DNA of 64,000 nucleotides from Schmidtea polychroa (Eukaryota): NCBI GenBank assembly GCA_044892525.1, contig CM097888.1:69874001-69938000 (forward strand), given 5' to 3'. Shown one piece after another: positions 56,301 to 64,000 of the stretch. The position numbers and the translations under genes are program-made. Below the pieces are notes generated by a model, which worked only from the letters and a program-made list of their open reading frames with translations, did no database searches and was not told the origin of the DNA. Each line of letters starts with the position of its first letter. The stretch's first letter is position 1.

Positions 56301-58796
56301 TTCTTACCTTTAAAGTTAAGTTAAAGTTAAAAGTCAAACCCTTCCCTCTTAAAATGTGTTCATTATAGTTGGAAAGTGACAACAGGTTATTTAAAAGTGA
56401 TGTTACAATTGTTTAACAGTAAAATTCTTTATTTGGTCACCTTTGATCTGTTTTAATTTTTGGATGATATTTTAATTATTTTCATGTTAAAAGATCAAAA
56501 ATAGCGTCCTATAATAAAATTTTTGATTTTTTGAAAATTAAAATTAATTAAATTACAATTTTTTCATTTTATACATTGAAAAAATAAAATATATCAATAA
56601 AAATTTTATTTTTCATGATTTTCATTCAGTTTCAAAAATACTATCATAGTAAAAAAAACCAAAAATTATATTAAGACTAGATATGACACATTGTAATTGA
56701 TTTGTGACATAGTACGTGAACAGTTTTATACAAAAATAATTGTTTCTATAGATACTTGGCAATTGCTAAAATAAGAGCATGTCGCTTAGAGAACAAAAGT
56801 AAATTTTAAAATTGTCATCAAACAATATTTTTTGGCAAAATTATTAATATATGATTGATTCTTAACTTTTCGATTTTGCAAATTCAAATAAGTGATTGAG
56901 TTCCAATGCTTATAACGATCAAATTTATGATTTTTTTTAACTGGGCTATTGTATTAAAAATAATCTATGAAATTTTTGTTATAGTCTTTATTTTACATTC
57001 GTTTGTTATACCCAGATGTCAAACAAAGATAGTGTATATTCGTTATCTCGATTATTAGAAACCGCGCGCACTCAAAATTATATTAGCTCGAACCCAGTCA
57101 AAAGGCAACGTTCTGAATTATCTATCAGGTGCCCTCTCAAACTTGTTATGAAAGTCAATGTATTTAAAAATCACTAAATATTCGAACTGATTGAAGCACA
57201 AAAAAAATTTTTTTACTAAAAGTACGTATTCAATTTAATCAAAAAAAATCAGCTGTAGAAATGTGGGCCTTGATTGTGGCAGGATATATTCAAAATGATT
57301 TCATTGCAAATAAAGTCTTTTAAAACTAAAAGCATGTATTCAATGTATTTATCAAACGAATTAGTTGAAGAAATGTTCGTCTTGATTGTAACAATTTCAA
57401 TTAAAAGTTACCAAAATGCATAACAGGATATGAATAAAAATCACAATACTGATAAAATTATAAAAAATAATTTGAATGCAATTTTATTGTTACTAGTAAA
57501 AAAATCATACGGTATTCCCATAAAAACACTAGAATATATTATATTCATATGGGAGAATAGACTTAAATATCAAATAGATGTAAAAACATAAAGAAAAAAC
57601 ATTTTCATTATTATCCAGTGTTCTAAACAAAAAATTGAAACCATATTTTATAAAGTACGAAATAATCCATAGCATATTAAAATCGATATAATATAGGGAA
57701 AACCGATATGAAAGTATTCAGTATTAAAGACTTCGTGCTCAACAAAATTTAATGTGTCAAATTATTCGCCAATTTTTTTTTGATTTTTCATCAAGTAACA
57801 TAATCTACTTTAGCAATTAAATTAGAAAAATGAGATTTATTGCTATACGTAGATTATTTTCATATTATACAACTTTATATACAAAAATGCAAAAATTTAA
57901 ATTGTTTAAATAATTTTATCAATATTTTCATTCAGAATACTAAGCCTTTTTATGTGTGTTATCGATACAAATTTTGTAATAAATCATGCAGAATAAATAC
58001 ATTTTAGGGCTCAAGTCATTTAGAAATGGAACTTATTGTTACAGCATTTTATACAAATTTCAAAGAGTCCTTAAATAAAATAAAGTATAAATCACTAATT
58101 TATTATCATCATGCCAAAAAAATTCAATTTACTGATTGACTCAATGCTTAATTTCAATAAAATATGAACTTAGTTAAAATATTTAAATTGTAAAATGAAT
58201 TTAAATAAATTCGAAATATCATTTACTGTATCTTTTCGGCCCTTCATCTGTAAAAGTTACAGTTAAAACCGCATCTTCTTCAAAAAATTCAGTAATCAAT
58301 GTATCCCACCAAATATTATCACAATCTTCAGTTCTCTGTTGAAGACGCCTATTAAATTCATTTAACCTACAGTCAATCGATGCCATGTATGGATTGTTGC
58401 CTCGACCCCTAAATACAAATGAATATTTTTTTTAGGTTAATGAGCATTACATTGGTAAATTTGGATGATTGTGGTGAGGATGATGTGGGTGCATCAAATG
58501 AGGTCCCAAATGAGGCATTCCGCCATGTGGATTTGGTCCCATTGCTCCAACAGGCATTCCTAATAAAGTATTACTCCATAGATTAATAAATAATCTCAAC
58601 CTGAACCTATCATGATCTCTCGGTCGTGTAAATGAGGATTTCCATGTTGCATCATCCCAGCTAAAGCATACTGATTAGGGTGTAGCATTGGAACCCCAGA
58701 ATCCATCATTGGACCTGAGTTACTATTCATAACCGAGGCCGATAAAGATGGACCATTAACATTACCGGACATAATAGATGGCATTCTGAGATTCAT
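53379..58796 (-). CDS. ldb1: LIM-domain-binding protein (Ldb/Chip) host gene. Predicted exons 58796-58601, 58559-58451, 58408-58227, 55436-55138, 55039-54832, 54543-54413, 53941-53578, 53530-53379
   Basis: In-phase GT-AG splicing gives DCRLNEFNRRLQQRTEDCDNIWWD..EFFEED..GPKRYTIGRTLIPRYFRSIF, ILEPMQELMSRQK..SPKDCLKTTLFQKWQRMVAPP, KRRKRK and the LIM-interaction domain DVMIVGEPTLMGGEFGDEDERSITRLEN. An N gap in intron 5 could hide extra sequence. Confidence 0.93.
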
Positions 58797-59932
58797 TACA
58801 CGGGTTTAATACAGTACTGATATTATATTATGTTAATTAAATGTCCGAAGAACTAATTATTTACATAAACAAGTCTAAAACTGATTTATTTATAAACTCA
58901 TACGAAAATGGCAGATAATTTTAAATTTTAAATATAATACAAACAAATGTTCATTTTAAGTAACATTAGTTGCTATTTCTGAATATATAAAGCTTATGTA
59001 ATAAAATATTATTTTATTAATCTTTATTCATTTTCTTCATTTCGTTTAAAATAATTTGGAATCCTATTCACCTTATTTATTTTTCTATTCAATATTAAGA
59101 AACTCAATAAATTTTTATTGATTTATAAAATTATATATCATACAATAATATAATTTTTAAGCATGTATATTTATATTTATTATACACAGAATTATTATTT
59201 TATACCCATAAAATATACATAGATAATATAATATATAAATACCAACCTTGTTTGGAAAAAACGAAGATATGTTGGTGTTTTTGAGGTGCCTTGCTTAAAT
59301 GTTGTAGTGTCGTCAACTCTTTTCCAAACAATTCGATGACTATTGCCTTTTGTTGGACAAATACTAGAAGAGCAAACCAGTTGTTTAAATTTAGCGAAAA
59401 AGCAACGAGGAGAAAATGTGAAAATTTTTAATTATAAAAAAAAGAGTGAAAAGATGCAAGAAATAAATAAACTCATATAGAATAAAATAAAAAAGAAACG
59501 ACAAATAATGGGAAAATAAATTAAGAAACAAAAAATGTAAAACATGATAAGAATTAAAAATCAAAAAATTAAAAGAAAATACAGTAAATACAGATTTAAA
59601 AAACCAATGATTGTAAAAAATGCAAAAATAGACAAATATAGCGCCAATAGCACATATGTTGAGGTATCGTTAATCGAAAGCCCCAACTTTACTGGTTCTT
59701 AGATATATATGAAACAATAGAACAAGCTTTTTGCAATATTTTTTATAATCAAAAATTTTCCGATTAAATGTACAATTTCTTCCAATTTCAGATTTCGATT
59801 TCGCTAGATAATGCGTGCAAATATGTAATTGTGTGACTATTATATTATTCGGTACTATGTTCCGTGCGATTTTAGACTTTTTTGTTGTTTCCGCCTGAGT
59901 TTAAAATCTAATAATGATTTAACTCTTTAGAC

Positions 59933-60382
59933 CAGGGGTTTCAAACTCAAACTGGCCTGCGGGCCGCATAAGACTAGTATTATGAGCCGGCGGGCCGCAA
60001 CATAAATAATTGTTTTTCAGAACATGTGGAGTCTGAAACTCTGACGTTAATATTTATTTAATTAAAAACTCAACAAAATTAAAANNNNNNNNNNNNNNNN
60101 NNNNNNNNNNNNNNNNNNNNNNNNNNNNNNNNNNNNNNNNNNNNNNNNNNNNNNNNNNNNNNNNNNNNNNNNNNNNNNNNNNNNNNNNNNNNNNNNNNNN
60201 NNNNNNNNNNNNNNNNNNNNNNNNNNNNNNNNNNNNNTAAATAAAAATAATTAAAAAGATAAGTTTTAATTTATACAGCCAATTATGATTTTAATTGTTA
60301 AAGAGGTTTGGTTAAATTACAAATCTATGTTTTTTCGTTGCGGGCCGCATGCGGCCCGCGGGCCGCGTGTTTGAGACCCCTG
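59933..60382. mobile_element. hAT-family MITE (contains an N gap)
   Basis: TIRs CAGGGGTTTCAAAC / CAGGGGTCTCAAAC, perfect 8-bp TSD CTTTAGAC (59925-32, 60383-90), and subterminal GCGGGCCGC repeats. Confidence 0.9.
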
Positions 60383-61951
60383 CTTTAGACTATGTAAAAA
60401 GTGGTTTTATTTTTGGGCGAAGATTAGTGATTTTACGTCGCAATATATATTGTTTCTATGCTTCCTCTTAATATTAAATTTAAATTAATATATTTCCAAA
60501 CTGTGTTTGAATATGGTTAATTATTATTATTAAAATATGTTAATTACCATTATTATGTCAAAAATGTGTCGAAATATACTACGTAAAAATATGTTAATTA
60601 CTATTATTAAAAAATGTGTCATTTTTCCTGAATCCTTAAATATTTTTATTATTTTTTTATTATTCAAATAATAAAACATGTGTCTAATTAATTTTTTAAG
60701 TATTTCAAAATGTTACCTATTATCTTTCAAACATTACTTTTGAGTATTGGAAAAAAATTCTTTTCTTTTTTTAAGTACTATTAAAAATGTGTTTCGTTGA
60801 TTTGAAGATTTGAATTGCCGCTCTTCAATTAAATTTTAATTAACAACCTCATAATAATTAATCAAATTCCCCATATATATATATATTTTATATTAAAATG
60901 TATACATTAATGAAATAATATTACAGATGTACATAAACCCAAAAAAAAATAAAATAAATAAACCACAAGAATCAAATGAAATGTCAATGATAATTACATT
61001 AATAAGTCAAATTATATTGATAAATCAAACTAAATCACAAAAAAATTAAACAGTTATATTTACATTTATAGTCATCGCAACGACGATATATCGACACCAC
61101 TGGATTGGATTGCGAAACTCTCTGGGCTAAATTTGGTTAGATTGAGAGATGTGGATATATGATATTATGAGGACTCTATATAAACCTTTACCCTGTACTT
61201 ATTCGGGCTTACTCTATAGTATTTCGTGAACTCGAACTTCTTTATTATTCGGTCCCTGTCATCCAACACTTATTAGCGAGAACTTAGAGATGGAAAATTG
61301 ATAAGAAAGCAAAGACAAGTAAGCATTTTAGAAGAAAATTAGTGAAAATAGGTGAAATAAAATTTCAGAAATTCAAAGAAAAATAAAACTTATTAATTCT
61401 CGATTCTTTATCTTTTTATAGTTATTTGTAATTCTACCCTAAAGTAATAATGAAACATTTTTACTAACCTTGAACTAATAGTTGATTGTTAATAGCCGAA
61501 TCTAAGCATGATAGACTTTTTAACAAGTGTTAGGATTGATCTTGTGTACAAAGATATCCAACACAGTTTCTAATTTATCTTACTCAAAAAGATAAATAGC
61601 GTGTATAGATAAAGGAAATAGATTAAATAAGACAACACTTGTTTTCTGTTTTCAAAAATGTATTTATATATTCTGAGGCAATGAGAGAAGAAAACGAAAG
61701 TTAAAGGGAGTTAAATTTAGAGAGTTAGAAAGGAGAAGCAAAGGGAGAATTTAAAGGAACAATTAAAGGAAGAATTAAACAGAGTTCAGAACAGAGTGAA
61801 ACGAGAAGTAACGAGAATCTTTCACAAAATTGAATATAAAATGGAAGTGGAGTAAAATAATTTGTGGTCAAAGCAAAGAACAGTAATCAATCAACGTACC
61901 CTGTAATTGAGTGGTTGATGGCTAGTGGTTATTGTTGTGGTTACAGAAGGG

Positions 61952-63067
61952 CTATTCTTCACGTAGTGTCGAAATAAGCTCTGTGTGATAAATTGGTTTA
62001 TAGTTAATTGGTTGTAATTGAAATTTGTACGATCCAGTGTGAATATATATAAAGCTTATCGTGTTTGAGAGTGTTAAATTGTGAATTAATAAACACGCTT
62101 TGGAGTCAGAGTAAAAGTTACATCTGTAATTGGGAAATGTAAAACAGGCATTTAATGAACTGGCTGATCGATGCTTCCAATCGCTCTTCGGACGTTGCCA
62201 CCAACTGAATCTTGCCTGTGCCATATCCCTTTTCACTTTCTTAGATCTACTGAAGCAAACAAAATCTCCTTCGACAAATGGCTCTTCTTTTACTCTCAAA
62301 GCTTCAGTGAGTTCTGGATTTGGTTCCTGGAAGCTGATCTTGGTTAGATCGTCATTCGATTCGTTTGCCTTTTTTGAGCTCATATCTTTTGGAATTGGAA
62401 TAATAAATTCGTCGTCCTCGTCACTATTGCAAGTGGCATAGTCTTTTTCGTCTGCCATAGGGATATCTGGTAAAGAATGTAGATGATCAATGCCTTGATC
62501 TTTCGAAACGTTTGATAGGTTCCCACTTGTGGATGGTAAGTTCTCAATAGCTTTCCTTTTCGGCAATTCTGACAGTGGGTAAGTCTTTGCTTTGACTTTT
62601 GGAACTTGATCTTGATATGTAGGAGGGATATCGTCTATAAATTGTTCTCGCAATATGGTATATATCTGCTGGATCATGTTGACATCATCTTGGATCGATG
62701 GGTTTCGTCCTGTTTGAGTACGACCGTTCCAACCGGAATCTCGTAGACACTTGGCTGCTCCCAAATTACGCACGCCCAAGGGTCGTTGTATAGAAAAGTT
62801 AATTGACAATAAAAAGTCATTCACTGTCAAACCGAGGATAATTTTCCCATCGCATATCTTACAGATTCTTTCTTGACAATTTTCGCGATCAAAATGTCCG
62901 ATGATTTCCTTTTCTGTCATCCTATGAGTATGGGATTGATAGTGTTTGATAGGTTCTCTTGGGGTTACCACAGTGTTAAGTAATGGATCCCCGTTGAACT
63001 TTAGGATGGACACTGCAACTAATACAGATTGCAGGTGTTCTCTAGCTGTAGTATAATGCGCTGCCAA
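61952..63067 (-). CDS. Unassigned 371-codon ORF, probably TE-derived and degenerate
   Basis: Long intronless ORF in a GC-richer island with a TTG start. The frame is open upstream through DDCTIC and also contains CKIC. No recognisable family motif. Confidence 0.35.
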   Translation of the reverse strand: MAAHYTTAREHLQSVLVAVSILKFNGDPLLNTVVTPREPIKHYQSHTHRMTEKEIIGHFDRENCQERICKICDGKIILGLTVNDFLLSINFSIQRPLGVRNLGAAKCLRDSGWNGRTQTGRNPSIQDDVNMIQQIYTILREQFIDDIPPTYQDQVPKVKAKTYPLSELPKRKAIENLPSTSGNLSNVSKDQGIDHLHSLPDIPMADEKDYATCNSDEDDEFIIPIPKDMSSKKANESNDDLTKISFQEPNPELTEALRVKEEPFVEGDFVCFSRSKKVKRDMAQARFSWWQRPKSDWKHRSASSLNACFTFPNYRCNFYSDSKACLLIHNLTLSNTISFIYIHTGSYKFQLQPINYKPIYHTELISTLREE

Positions 63068-64000
63068 GCAAATGGTACAATCGTCTTCTTCTTTAACGGA
63101 TAAAGGTTTCCGGGTTTATGATTTGAATGATATATAATCATTTTCGTTTACGATGTATATCCAAGAGGGTTCATTGACCCATTTCATTCATATATTTGTA
63201 AGTAGATTGAGTCAATTCATTTTACAGATCCTTAGTGTTGTGTTGATTGTCCAGTTAAGTGTTGAAATGATTTATTTTATTTAATGCTAAAAAGGTCAAT
63301 TAATTAAAATATACCTACTTTAAAATATACCCACACTGCACTTTTTCGGGTAGGCCCTATTGTTGTGTTTGGTCGATTAATTATTCTGTATCAAGTTCAA
63401 GTTTTGTGATTTTCATTATTTCTTTTATCTATTTTTGGTTCTTTTCTTTTTATTAAATGAGATCATTTTTTTAATTTCATTTTCAATTAATTGGTCTTTT
63501 TGCTGTTATGTTGTTTTCTTTCTCATTTTTATGTTGGTTCTGTCGTCTTTCATTTTGTTTTTACACTTTTTCATTTTCCCATTTTTTTCTATTTAAATTG
63601 ATAAAATGCCATCTTATTTGAATTTTTACGCTTTCCTATTGTTATGTTATCGCGTCAGATAAACAAAACAAGATCAGTGCTTGTTTATGCCCAACACCTG
63701 TCACTCAACGAATATAAACAAATTAAAAGTATCACAAACAAATCAAGATATTCAAGAAAAAAACAATTTTAAAAAATATGAGATGTAGAAGAGCAACAAC
63801 AATATAAAAGTGGAAAGAGATAAATAAAATTAATGTAATTTTTATTTTAAGTTTTATTCTAAGTATTACATAATCTGTATATTCTAGTTACATTCATAGT
63901 TTTAGGTAAAATAAAATATTTTTTGCTATTAACTTAACAGTTGTTTAAATATTTACTAGCCTTTTAAAGTATTTGAATAAGAATTAACATTCAGCAAAAT

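Overview
AT-rich animal (invertebrate) genomic window. The host is possibly a flatworm, but that is inferred only from base composition, 41-47 nt introns and the giant-element type. Positions 1-41243 are a head-to-tail array of one giant minus-strand Ty3/Gypsy-type LTR retroelement, with a 26,284-bp period. One copy is complete at 10850-41243 (30,394 bp). It has 4,110-bp LTRs (TGTTG...CAACA) and a tRNA-Pro-type PBS. A second copy shares the middle LTR and runs off the left edge. The gene order is unusual: LTR (containing an ORF), PBS, IAP-type RING ORF, 74-bp repeats, then a 1,571-aa Gag with 3 zinc knuckles and 3 ubiquitin-like domains. Next comes a chuvirus/gB-like envelope glycoprotein fused in frame to the N-terminus of PR-RT-RNaseH-IN, followed by ankyrin repeats and a C-terminal membrane module. 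A cassette of five accessory ORFs follows, including a full-length intronless TRAF (RING-ZnF-coiled coil-MATH), coiled-coil proteins and a type I membrane protein, and then the 3' LTR. The element therefore looks like an enveloped endogenous virus that may package Pol through Env and that carries a ubiquitin/TNFR-NF-kB signalling toolkit. Right of 41243 is host DNA. It contains degraded Maverick/Polinton capsid genes, a mariner relic, piggyBac and hAT MITEs, an 8-exon Ldb/Chip gene on the minus strand, an unassigned ORF and three N gaps. All protein assignments come from motif recognition by eye; no searches were run.
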